From Nitrosopumilus sp. (lineage in GTDB: Archaea; Thermoproteota; Nitrososphaeria; Nitrososphaerales; Nitrosopumilaceae), in contig CBDBLO010000002.1 of NCBI GenBank assembly GCA_965207075.1, positions 1,600,001 to 1,664,000 of the forward strand: a stretch of 64,000 nt of DNA, given 5' to 3'. The first letter of the stretch is position 1; every line of letters starts with the position of its first letter. The notes under the pieces are model-generated. The model searched no databases. It saw only the letters and a list, made by a program, of their open reading frames with translations, and had not been told where the DNA came from. A program made the translations under genes and the position numbers. This document shows, one piece after another, positions 1 through 8,930 of this stretch.

Positions 1-50
1 GTTCCGTGCAGGCCCGACGCCTGCGGGTGGGGGGCGCCGTCAGTGCGTCA

Positions 51-1307
51 TCAGAGCGCCTGGTATTCGGTGCTCCACTGGTGGTACGAGCGGATCATGT
101 CCGGCGAGACGCTCGGCTTGCGGCGCTCCATTATCTTTCTAAAGTCGGCCATCGTCAGGTCCCTCGGCTGCGGGGGCTCGTCTCCCTCCACGGGCTCCTT
201 GTAGTCCGGCGACTCGAATATCTCATGGACCGTCATTATCTGCGCGGCCTGGCATATGTCCTTGATGTCGCTTGCGCTGTACCCGTCAAACAGCTTTGCC
301 AGCCCCGCGCTGTTGAGCCGGTAGTCGGTCTTCAGCTTTGCGGTGTACTGCTCAAACAGGTTTTGCCGCGCGTCCTGGGTGGGAAGCGACACGTATATCC
401 TCTTCTGGAACCTCCGCAGGAACGGCCAGTCAAGCGTCCACGGCTTGTTGGTGGCGCCTATGACATACAGCATGAGCTCCTTGCCCTTCGTGTTGATGCC
501 GTCCATCTCGGTGAGAAACTGGTTCCGGGAGCGCGACTCGCCCCCTATCTCGTTCTGCCTCGAGCCGAGCAGGGAGTCCACCTCGTCCAAGAACAGGATC
601 ACCGGCTTGGACTCCTTCTCCGCGTAGTGGCGCGCCATGTCGAACAGCTTCGAGACGTTCTTTTCGGCCTCGCCAAGCCACTTGCTCATCAGCGAGGAGG
701 CGTCGGCGCTGATAAAGTAGCCGTCCATCTCGTTTGCGGTGGCCGCGGCCAGCATGGTCTTGCCCGTCCCGGGCGGGCCGTACAGGAGCATGCCCTTTGG
801 CCATCCAAGCGGAAACAGATCGGGTCGCTTTGTGGGGTACACGATCGACTCGCGCAGCGAGCTCTTTGCCTCTTCTAGCCCCACAACCTGGTCCCATGTC
901 ACGTCGGGCTTGTCCCGCATTATGAGATCCTCAAAGTCGTTCTCGTCCTCCTGGCGCTGTATCGACTTTTTCTGCTCCTCGGGCGTGGCAGACGGGTCCA
1001 CTGCCGGCTCCACCCCGTGGGCCTGCTGCAGTACGGTTATCCTCTCATGGTACGAGTTGCACTTGTCCTTGTACAGCGGGTTGAGCTTGCTTGAGGGGTA
1101 CAGGTTGATGAGTTTCACCAGCGCGTCTATCGCCTGCTGGTAGTACGTAATCGCCATGCCACGCGCCCCCTGCGAGTCGCACTTTATGGCCTCGTTTGCG
1201 CACATGCTTGCAGTGCGCTCCAGCTGCTGGGGCGCGCTCATGGACGGGTCGTCGGAGGGCCCCATCGGCGGCCGCAGCACCTCGGGATCGCTGGGAGTCT
1301 GGCTCAT
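51..1307 (-). CDS. cdvC: CdvC/Vps4-type AAA+ ATPase (MIT domain + AAA)
   Basis: N-terminal MIT-like helix (AIKCDSQG..AITYYQQAID), Walker A GPPGTGKT, Walker B LFLDEVD, SRH GATNKPW..RRFQKR. Start uncertain (1307 or 1241). Confidence 0.9.
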   Translation of the reverse strand: MSQTPSDPEVLRPPMGPSDDPSMSAPQQLERTASMCANEAIKCDSQGARGMAITYYQQAIDALVKLINLYPSSKLNPLYKDKCNSYHERITVLQQAHGVEPAVDPSATPEEQKKSIQRQEDENDFEDLIMRDKPDVTWDQVVGLEEAKSSLRESIVYPTKRPDLFPLGWPKGMLLYGPPGTGKTMLAAATANEMDGYFISADASSLMSKWLGEAEKNVSKLFDMARHYAEKESKPVILFLDEVDSLLGSRQNEIGGESRSRNQFLTEMDGINTKGKELMLYVIGATNKPWTLDWPFLRRFQKRIYVSLPTQDARQNLFEQYTAKLKTDYRLNSAGLAKLFDGYSASDIKDICQAAQIMTVHEIFESPDYKEPVEGDEPPQPRDLTMADFRKIMERRKPSVSPDMIRSYHQWSTEYQAL

Positions 1308-1553
1308 GTTTGTGTGATGCCCGGTACAATTAGTATAAGGCAATGTGAACTAACGCATACCTAGATGTCAAATTTTTTGCACCATTCATGTACGGACGGC
1401 CCCCGACTTGGGGGGTTTTTGCCACGCGCGTGCGGGAAAAAGGCGTCAACATACGCTCGGAGTCCCGGGGATATGGGGCCGCACTGCGGCCAGAGGGCAG
1501 ATGTAACTACAGGCGTGCAAGTCAACTAGGCGTGCAAGGGCACAGGCTGTCTG

Positions 1554-2312
1554 CTAGTTCGTGATCTCGATGTCGGCAAGGCTCGGCATTGCACTGCATC
1601 CCAGGCTGCCGCACGATGCGGCCTCTTTTGCCGGCTCCTCTTCGGCGGTGGCGGCGGCGGTGGCGGCGGCGGTGGCGGCGGGGCGAACAGCAGTATCGGC
1701 GACTGCCGCTTTGGCGGATCCTGCGGCAGACGCCCCGGTTGCCGCCGGTCCTGCCCCTGCACCGGGGTCCGCCTCAGGTTCGGATCTGATCCCGCCACCT
1801 AGAGAATAGGATCCGTCTCCGCACATGTTCGTGTGCATCTCCCTTATGCGTTCAAGTGACGCCTGCGCCGAGATCAGCATCTCCTGCACGTCGTCCTCTA
1901 TGACGTCGAGAGACTCTGCAGAGTTTCGTATTATGGACACAAGCTGGCCTGTCACGTCCCCAAGGGCCCCTTTCTCGGCATGCTTTGTCGCGATATACTC
2001 TGCAATCCAGACGAGTCTGCCCAGGTCCACCAGCTCGCCATCATCAAGGCGCCGCATGTCGTCGGCGGATATGAAATCGATGCACGGTTCCTCTGTCCCG
2101 GCCGACTGGAGAGCTGCGGCGCAGGCGGCACCGTTGCAATTATTGTCACTGTCATCGCCACAACTGCAGGCGGCGTTCTTTATGGAGGAGCCGGCCGCGT
2201 CGTCTACGGCCGCACGCCGTGTCTTTTCCTGGTCAACCATGGAGGCGGCCGCGGCAAACCCCTGCCTGCTTGTCGCCGGGCGCCGTATCTTGTCTAGCAG
2301 CATCGTCTGCAT
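1554..2312 (-). CDS. Hypothetical protein with a central helical/coiled-coil segment and Ala-rich termini
   Basis: 252-aa ORF overlapping the upstream cdvB-like gene, same strand; no family recognised. Confidence 0.6.
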   Translation of the reverse strand: MQTMLLDKIRRPATSRQGFAAAASMVDQEKTRRAAVDDAAGSSIKNAACSCGDDSDNNCNGAACAAALQSAGTEEPCIDFISADDMRRLDDGELVDLGRLVWIAEYIATKHAEKGALGDVTGQLVSIIRNSAESLDVIEDDVQEMLISAQASLERIREMHTNMCGDGSYSLGGGIRSEPEADPGAGAGPAATGASAAGSAKAAVADTAVRPAATAAATAAATAEEEPAKEAASCGSLGCSAMPSLADIEITN

Positions 2313-2917
2313 GCTCCCGGTATCTCTAGTTTATCATACTGCTTTCTTAATTTAGAGTCGACGATCAATTTTGCTTGATCAAATATTGCCGAGACCTCCG
2401 CGTTGGACCGGTCTAGGCTCAGGTTGGAGCCCGATATAGTGGCCGCGTCCAGAATGACACCGCCCAGGTGGACAGACGCGTCGTGCAGGCTTCTCTGGCA
2501 CGCGGGTGCCGCGTCCCGGGCCAGCTGCATGTGTGCGGTGCGCACCACATACAGCGCAGGCAGCAGCGTGCGTGGCATATGGCGCGCCGTGACAGGCGTC
2601 ACCGTCCTCCGGCGGGCGCGCTCCAGCGCCTCAAGCATGACGGACATCGCGTGCTCCAGTCCCATAGACCTGGCGTGCACCTCGTTGCAGGGGTCGTACC
2701 GGGGGGCCAGCCTCCTGTTGCGTGCGCGCACGTCGCGCACCTGCCCCCTCATGGACGCAATCGCGGAGTCAAGCGCGTCCGTTGCAAGCTCCAGCCTCGT
2801 AAGTATGCCAGACGCGGTGATGGCGGCGTCGACGGCAGCGGTGTTCGGCCAGTGCAGAAATCCCGTGCCATGCCCCGCGCGCCCCTTCACGCCCACCTGC
2901 AAGTCCGATGCCAGCAT
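2294..2917 (-). CDS. Divergent CdvB/ESCRT-III (Snf7-like) paralogue
   Basis: C-terminal LGGVILDAATISGSNLSLDRSNAEVSAIFDQAKLIVDSKLRKQY resembles thaumarchaeal CdvB paralogues; lies two genes from cdvC. Confidence 0.65.
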   Translation of the reverse strand: MLASDLQVGVKGRAGHGTGFLHWPNTAAVDAAITASGILTRLELATDALDSAIASMRGQVRDVRARNRRLAPRYDPCNEVHARSMGLEHAMSVMLEALERARRRTVTPVTARHMPRTLLPALYVVRTAHMQLARDAAPACQRSLHDASVHLGGVILDAATISGSNLSLDRSNAEVSAIFDQAKLIVDSKLRKQYDKLEIPGACRRCC

Positions 2918-3070
2918 GCATGCATATTGCGCGGCGCGTATTTGAGCGGGTTGTGCTTCCGCACGGAGTGACCGCGGTCACGCACGGGCGCAGTTACTAG
3001 GAAATTTTTTATCAGTTGTTCAAACGAATTTAACTTTGCAGCTTAGTTATGGGTGCCGCGACACGCATGT

Positions 3071-4273
3071 ATGGAGGGTGAGAGTGCGCTTACAGTCAGC
3101 CTGGAGGAGCTGGGCCTCAGCAGGTACGAGGCGCGTGCGTACGTTGCCCTGATAACGAAGGGGACGATGTCGGCAGGCGACTTGGCGTTCTACTCGGAGA
3201 TTCCGAGGACCAAGATATACTCCACCATGAAAAAGCTTGCAAGCAAGAACCTTGCCATAACCTCCAACACAAAGTCCGCGATGGTGTGCACGGCGGTCCG
3301 GCCGGAGGATGCCTTTGACGACATCATACACGAGCAGATCCAGAAGGTGACCGCAATGAATGCGCTCGTGGCGGACCTCAAGAACATAAGCGAGATGAAC
3401 AGGAGGGCAGGCGACTCGGAGGAGAAGCGCTACATGCAGATAGGGACGGGCAGCGTGCTTCCAAAGCTCCAGGAGATGACGATCAGCGCAGAGTCGTCCA
3501 TCACAATAACTGCCGACGACGGAGGCCTGGGCCTCTTGTCCGGATGCAGGGACCAGCTGCTTGCCGCGCAGAAGAAGGACGTAAGGATCAGGTGCGTCAT
3601 ACCGCACGGCGAGGTATGCTCCGAGCCGCACAGGGCGCTGCCGCACGGCGTGGAGTCCAGGGCCTCGCACGGCGTGTCGGGAAGCTGCATCGTATTTGAC
3701 GGGACGGACGTGATGATCCTCGACGGAACCGACGGGCGCGGGGCGGTATTCGAGTCGGCCCCTACGCTCGGTTCGGCGCACACGGCGATATTTGAGAAGA
3801 TGTGGTCGGAGTCCATGCCCATCGACGCCCTTGCAGACATGGCCCCGGAGGATGCGCGCCAGATATGCCGCATCATAAGCACGACTGGCGCGGGCGGACT
3901 GCAGTACCTGCTAGGGGAGATGGCCGGGGCAGATCCGAGGAACGGCGGTGGCGGCCACGCTGCGAGGCTGTACGGGCTGCTAGAGCGGGATGGGATAGCG
4001 CCAGACTCCAAAAGGCCGCTCGGCGAGGTGCTCGACATGTTCAATGCCATAATGCAGATCGTGTGCTCGGGGAGCGCCTGCATGGATGCGAGGGGCCGAA
4101 ACGTCACGATAGAGTCGCCCCAGAACAGCAGCAGTTCGCTTCCCTGGGTCTCCATGCTCGAGGGGTGCCTGCGCGGGCGCGGATATGCAGTCAGGACGGT
4201 CAGGCAGAACAATGCGCCCCCCAAGCACGGCGACGCGGGCGAAAGGTTCCACATACGCATAGACAAAAACTAA
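3071..4273 (+). CDS. TrmB-family transcriptional regulator
   Basis: LEELGLSRYEARAYVAL..SEIPRTKIYSTMKKL wHTH signature. Confidence 0.88.
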   Translation: MEGESALTVSLEELGLSRYEARAYVALITKGTMSAGDLAFYSEIPRTKIYSTMKKLASKNLAITSNTKSAMVCTAVRPEDAFDDIIHEQIQKVTAMNALVADLKNISEMNRRAGDSEEKRYMQIGTGSVLPKLQEMTISAESSITITADDGGLGLLSGCRDQLLAAQKKDVRIRCVIPHGEVCSEPHRALPHGVESRASHGVSGSCIVFDGTDVMILDGTDGRGAVFESAPTLGSAHTAIFEKMWSESMPIDALADMAPEDARQICRIISTTGAGGLQYLLGEMAGADPRNGGGGHAARLYGLLERDGIAPDSKRPLGEVLDMFNAIMQIVCSGSACMDARGRNVTIESPQNSSSSLPWVSMLEGCLRGRGYAVRTVRQNNAPPKHGDAGERFHIRIDKN

Positions 4274-4285
4274 AAACAGACCGTC

Positions 4286-4762
4286 ATGCCACGTCGCAGC
4301 ATGATAGAGGAGAGGATGAGCGAGATGGGAATCGTGCTGCCGAGCGTCCCGGCGCCCCCGGCCGGTTCGTACGTCCCGGTTGCAAGATCCGGCAGCCTGC
4401 TTTACGTCTCAGGACAGATCCCGCAGAGGGACGGCAAGATAATGTTTGCAGGAAAGGTGTCAGACTCGAACATTGCAAGGGCCCAAGAGTCGGCGCGCCT
4501 GTGCGCCATAAACATACTGGCGCAGGCAAAGTCGCACCTGAACGATCTCGAAAGGGTCGAGAAAGTAGTGTCGCTGACAGGCTTTGTCAACAGCGTGCCG
4601 GAGTTTACACAGCATCCCAAGGTAATCAACGCGGCATCCGACCTGCTTGTGGAGATATTCGGAAGCGACAGGGGGAGCCACAGCAGGATGGCAGTCGGCG
4701 CCTCGAGCCTCCCGCTTGGCGTCATGACGGAGATAGGGGCCGTAATACGGGCGAAGGGCTAG
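4286..4762 (+). CDS. RidA/YjgF family protein
   Basis: YVSGQIP, VINAASDLL, HSRMAVGASSLPLG motifs. Confidence 0.9.
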   Translation: MPRRSMIEERMSEMGIVLPSVPAPPAGSYVPVARSGSLLYVSGQIPQRDGKIMFAGKVSDSNIARAQESARLCAINILAQAKSHLNDLERVEKVVSLTGFVNSVPEFTQHPKVINAASDLLVEIFGSDRGSHSRMAVGASSLPLGVMTEIGAVIRAKG

Positions 4763-4861
4763 CCGCGCCCGCGGCTGCCTCAAGGCGAGCGGCCCGACGG
4801 GCTCGGTTTTGGGACTCGCGCAGCCTTGCTTTTTATTGTGCGGCGTGTACACGCAGGCAGC

Positions 4862-5257
4862 ATGGACGTAGCAGCCATGATGGAGCGGCAAAAGTACATC
4901 ACGGTAGAGACCTACAGGAGGGACGGCACGCCGGTGAGGACGCCGGTCTGGTTTCACGTCAGGGACGGGCTGGTGATCGTGGTCACGAGATCCGAGACGG
5001 GCAAGGCAAAGCGGCTCAGGGCCAACAGCAGGGTCAGGATTGCGCCGTGCACCATAAGGGGCAGGGTCAAGGGGCCGTGGGCGTCAGGCGGGGCCGTCAT
5101 ACTGGACGGGGAGCAGACTGACGCGGCGGTAAAGGCGCGGGACAAAAAGTACGGAATGATGGCCCGCCTGGCAAGGTCCCTCACCGGCGGCAAGGGCGAG
5201 CTCTTTGCATTTGCAATAAAGCTTGACGACACACACGACGCTGCAGGGTCGGCATAA
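4862..5257 (+). CDS. PPOX-class F420-dependent oxidoreductase
   Basis: YITVETYRRDGTPVRTPVWF..GKAKRLRANSRVRIAPC motif. Confidence 0.88.
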   Translation: MDVAAMMERQKYITVETYRRDGTPVRTPVWFHVRDGLVIVVTRSETGKAKRLRANSRVRIAPCTIRGRVKGPWASGGAVILDGEQTDAAVKARDKKYGMMARLARSLTGGKGELFAFAIKLDDTHDAAGSA

Positions 5258-5287
5258 CAGTACAGCGGGGACGGCCCGGATGCGGCA

Positions 5288-6517
5288 TCACGCGGCAGCG
5301 ATACGCTTGTTAAGCTCCGAGACGAACTTTTTGATCCTCGCAAGCGGGATCAGCGCGCCGCATGCCCTGTCGTGGCCGCCGCCAGAACCCCCCAGCTCGG
5401 CGGCCAGCACGTTTACAATCTTGCCCAGGTGCACCCTGCAGGACCTGGAGCCGCGTACGGACACGGAGTAAAAGTCCTCGTTCTTCTTTGCCTTGTATGC
5501 CACGCCCACGTCCTTGCCGGACAGGCCCAGCACAAAGTTCACGGCGCCGCCGGCCCCCGCGTCGGTTATCTCCATGTGCGCAAGGTTCCTGGTCCTTCTG
5601 AGGCCTGCCTTTACCTTTGCTATCATCTCAGAGAGCCGCTCGACCTGGGACTGCGCAAACTCGAATGAGCCGGGGATCTCGTGCGGAAACTTCGAGTCGG
5701 CCAGTGCGTCTACCAGCGACTGCAGGTATGCGCCGTCCTTTTGGTGACCGGTGATGTTGTACGTCATTACCGTCGCGCTGATCAGGGCAAACTGCCTGTC
5801 GTACATCTGCAGCAGCCGCGAGCCCAGGGGCCTGTCCTCCATATAGTCCGTTATGGCGGCGCACGAGGCGACAAACGTCGCATGGTCCGACATCTTTGAC
5901 TTGAACGAGTCGTACACGAGCACCGACGCGCATTCGTTTGTGTTGTGTATCATGCGCACTCCCAGGTTCGAGAGGCGACGCGCCGTGCCGGCGTCTATCG
6001 CGTGGTGATCCACGTACGTGACGGGCACGCGCTTTTTTCGAAGCGACGAGACGATATCGACAAACTCGTCCTGGTTTTTCTTGCTGAGTCCGAGATCGCA
6101 TATGAACAATTTTTTGAGGGACGGTTCGGCCGCAATCTCCTCAAGGGCCTTCATCTGTCCCGGGTAGTCAGTCAGGACCGTCTCCCCGCCGTGGGCCTGC
6201 TTTACCAGCGCGGCGGCGCTTATCCCGTCCAAGTCCTCCCTGTGCGAGAGGCATACGACTCGGGTGCGCTTTGGCGCGGCCGCACGTCCGCTCGCCTTCC
6301 GGGTTTTTGCGGGCGCAGTCTTCGCGGCGCCTGCCGAAGGCGTCCTTTTGGCAGCGGCCCGCGCGGCCCCGGACGCCTTTGCAGCAGCAGGGCTCCTCGC
6401 GGCCCTGCCAGATGACGCAGTGGTGGCAGCAGCGGTCCTTTTTTTGGCCGCGCGCACCCCGGCGGATGCAGTCGGAGTACGGCTAGCGGGGGGCTTTGTA
6501 GTGGTAGCAGAGGCCAT
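5288..6517 (-). CDS. DHH/DHHA1 family phosphoesterase with Lys/Ala-rich N-terminal tail
   Basis: DLDG, ICD, YVDHH and SVRG..GGGH..ACG motifs; TTTAAAT box ~25 nt upstream. Confidence 0.88.
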   Translation of the reverse strand: MASATTTKPPASRTPTASAGVRAAKKRTAAATTASSGRAARSPAAAKASGAARAAAKRTPSAGAAKTAPAKTRKASGRAAAPKRTRVVCLSHREDLDGISAAALVKQAHGGETVLTDYPGQMKALEEIAAEPSLKKLFICDLGLSKKNQDEFVDIVSSLRKKRVPVTYVDHHAIDAGTARRLSNLGVRMIHNTNECASVLVYDSFKSKMSDHATFVASCAAITDYMEDRPLGSRLLQMYDRQFALISATVMTYNITGHQKDGAYLQSLVDALADSKFPHEIPGSFEFAQSQVERLSEMIAKVKAGLRRTRNLAHMEITDAGAGGAVNFVLGLSGKDVGVAYKAKKNEDFYSVSVRGSRSCRVHLGKIVNVLAAELGGSGGGHDRACGALIPLARIKKFVSELNKRIAAA

Positions 6518-6628
6518 ACAAAACCGCACGAGGGCGCCTCAATTTAAATGGAGAATCAGGATGTGCGAAAAAACCACAAGTCAGCCAAAATGCAACCGCC
6601 GGCGGCGCCCGTGCACAAGCAAAAAGCG

Positions 6629-6862
6629 TCACTCCCGGCGGCGCCCGTGGCGCTGGCAGGCATAACCGTCACTGCCCCCGTACCGGCCGCTTACAAGGGC
6701 GGCCGAGTCCACGCACACGTCGTAAAAAGGCAGGCCGTCCACCTGCGTGCGGTAGTCCACTTGCTGTATGCGCCGGAGCTCGTCCGGTGACGCTCCCAGC
6801 ACCATGTCGTCGAGCTCCTGAAGCCTTCTGCGCTCATCAGGGGTCATACCGCATTCTTCCAT
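6629..6862 (-). CDS. Small hypothetical protein (D-x3-Q-x2-G-x2-FYD motif)
   Basis: Short ORF with a TATA-like box upstream; motif shared with 8307..8537. Confidence 0.6.
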   Translation of the reverse strand: MEECGMTPDERRRLQELDDMVLGASPDELRRIQQVDYRTQVDGLPFYDVCVDSAALVSGRYGGSDGYACQRHGRRRE

Positions 6863-7000
6863 TATGCGCATTTATGGCAGAGGATTAAACTATTAGGCCA
6901 TTTGCTAAAGTTTGTTGACACAACTCGGCGGTGCAGAGCCGCGCGCCGTGGGTGAAACGCTCCAAAACAGAATAAATAGACGCCGGCCCATACACGTGGC

Positions 7001-8164
7001 ATGAAGACCAAGAATATCGGCCTGAGGGGGATAGAGGTTGCGGACACCAGGATATCCAACATCGACGGCGAGAAGGGCAAGCTGATATACCGTGGATACG
7101 ACATAATCGACCTCACCAAGTACTCCACGTTCGAGGAGACGGCGTACATACTGATTTACGACCACCTGCCGACCACGCACCAGCTCAACGAGTTCAAGTC
7201 AAAGCTGTCAGACGCGCGGAGCATACCAAGGCAGATGCAGCGTAACATGTCCAACTGGAGGAAGGACGCGGATCCCATGGACATGCTGCAGGCCTTCGTG
7301 GCAGCCCTGGCAGGGTACTACGACGAGGAGTTCTCCACAAAGGAGGCAAGCTACGACAGGGCAATCAACCTCGTCGCAAAGGTGCCGACCATAGTCTCAA
7401 GCTGGCAGCGGCTCCGAAACGGCGAGGAGACAATAGATCCGGACCCCAGCCTGACGCATGCGGGCAACTTCCTGTACATGATGTCAGGGCGCAGGCCGGA
7501 TCCCGAGGTCGAGAAGATATTTGACACGTGCCTCATACTGCACGCGGACCACACGTTCAACGCGTCGACCTTTACGGCAAGGCAGGTCGCCTCCACCAGG
7601 GCCCACATGTATTCGGCCTCAAGCGCCGCAATCGGGGCGCTGAGCGGCGAGCTGCACGGGGGTGCGAACACAGAGGTGATGAAGATGCTGCTTGAGATTG
7701 ACAAGCAGGAAAACGTAGAGGCGTGGATAAAGGAGAGGCTGTCGGAGGGCCAGAGGATAATGGGCATGGGCCACGCAGTGTACAAGACGTTTGATCCCAG
7801 GGCCCAGGTGCTAAAGGAGATGTCAAGGCAGCTTGCAGCAAAGACCGGCCAGAGATGGTTTGACATGACAGAAGGGGTGGAGACCACCACCATGTCCGAG
7901 ATGAAGACGAAGAAGGGCATAGATATCTACCCCAACGTCGACCTGTACAGCGCGTCGATATACTATATGCTCGGCATACCCGTCGACCTCAACACCCCGA
8001 TATTTGCAATATCGCGCTCAGTGGGGTGGGCCGCCCACATAATAGAGGAAAAGTTTGCAGAGGCCGCGCCCAAGCCCGCGCTGTACAGGCCAAAGGCAGT
8101 CTACGTGGGCAAGTACTGCGGCCCCGAGGGATGCGAGTACAAGACCATAGACCTGCGCAGCTAA
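7001..8164 (+). CDS. gltA: Citrate synthase
   Basis: LIYRGYDI, HADHTFNASTF, LHGGAN, MGMGHAVYK.FDPR, YPNVD motifs. Confidence 0.95.
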   Translation: MKTKNIGLRGIEVADTRISNIDGEKGKLIYRGYDIIDLTKYSTFEETAYILIYDHLPTTHQLNEFKSKLSDARSIPRQMQRNMSNWRKDADPMDMLQAFVAALAGYYDEEFSTKEASYDRAINLVAKVPTIVSSWQRLRNGEETIDPDPSLTHAGNFLYMMSGRRPDPEVEKIFDTCLILHADHTFNASTFTARQVASTRAHMYSASSAAIGALSGELHGGANTEVMKMLLEIDKQENVEAWIKERLSEGQRIMGMGHAVYKTFDPRAQVLKEMSRQLAAKTGQRWFDMTEGVETTTMSEMKTKKGIDIYPNVDLYSASIYYMLGIPVDLNTPIFAISRSVGWAAHIIEEKFAEAAPKPALYRPKAVYVGKYCGPEGCEYKTIDLRS

Positions 8165-8306
8165 CCGGCGCGGCAGATCATGGTTGCGGCAGTAATTACG
8201 ATGCCCGCAGGTGGCGACAGCGGCGCGCGCAGATACGTCAGGCAGACTCGGATGCAAGGCGGTCCACATCCAAGCGCACGCCACCATACGCAGGGCATGC
8301 AGAATC

Positions 8307-8537
8307 CTAGTTGCGCCTGTCAAGCCACGCCCTGTGATCGGATATGGAATATTCGCGACGGTACAAAACCTCAAAGGCCATGTCGTAAAACGAGATGCCG
8401 CGCCTCTGGGCCTGATCATCAAGCCATCTGAGTCCATCGGCCAGTTCAGGGTCGTCGTCGGCAGTCTGGGCCAGCTCGTCCATCACATTCGTAAAGAAAG
8501 AGTCGCTCATGACTCCAGATGTAAAAAAAGAGTCCAT
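8307..8537 (-). CDS. Small hypothetical protein (D-x3-Q-x2-G-x2-FYD motif)
   Basis: Protein-like C-terminal part of ORF 8307..8879 (DPELADGLRWLDDQAQRRGISFYD); AT-rich promoter region at ~8550-8582. Confidence 0.7.
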   Translation of the reverse strand: MDSFFTSGVMSDSFFTNVMDELAQTADDDPELADGLRWLDDQAQRRGISFYDMAFEVLYRREYSISDHRAWLDRRN

Positions 8538-8930
8538 AAGGCATGCATTCAAAATATGTAAACAAAAACAGTTTATTTTTTTGACAAGGGCTGATCGCAG
8601 GTTACAAGCGTGGGGGAAAGCACGGCTGTTGTGAGGCAGACGATGGCGCAGAGGCGAGAGCCATCGCAGGACAGGCAGTCCCGCGTCTGTCACCACTGTT
8701 CTCCCCTGTCGTCCCCTCTCCTCCCCCCCCCCCCAACCCTTCTCCTCCCCAACCCTTCGGCCAGCAAGTGCACATCGATATGACGGAGACAGAAGGGAAG
8801 AACTGCCGCATGCAAGTGACAAGGAAGGCAATCCAAACCCAAGCACGGCATATCGGCGACAGCAAGGGGCAGGCGGCACAGCGCGTTGACAGCTGCCGCG
8901 CGGCCTTCATGCACATACCAGAGAATACGG

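Noticed and set aside
1510-1538. Short direct repeat AGGCGTGCAAG x2
   Set aside because: Only two copies with no supporting context; likely a local duplication.
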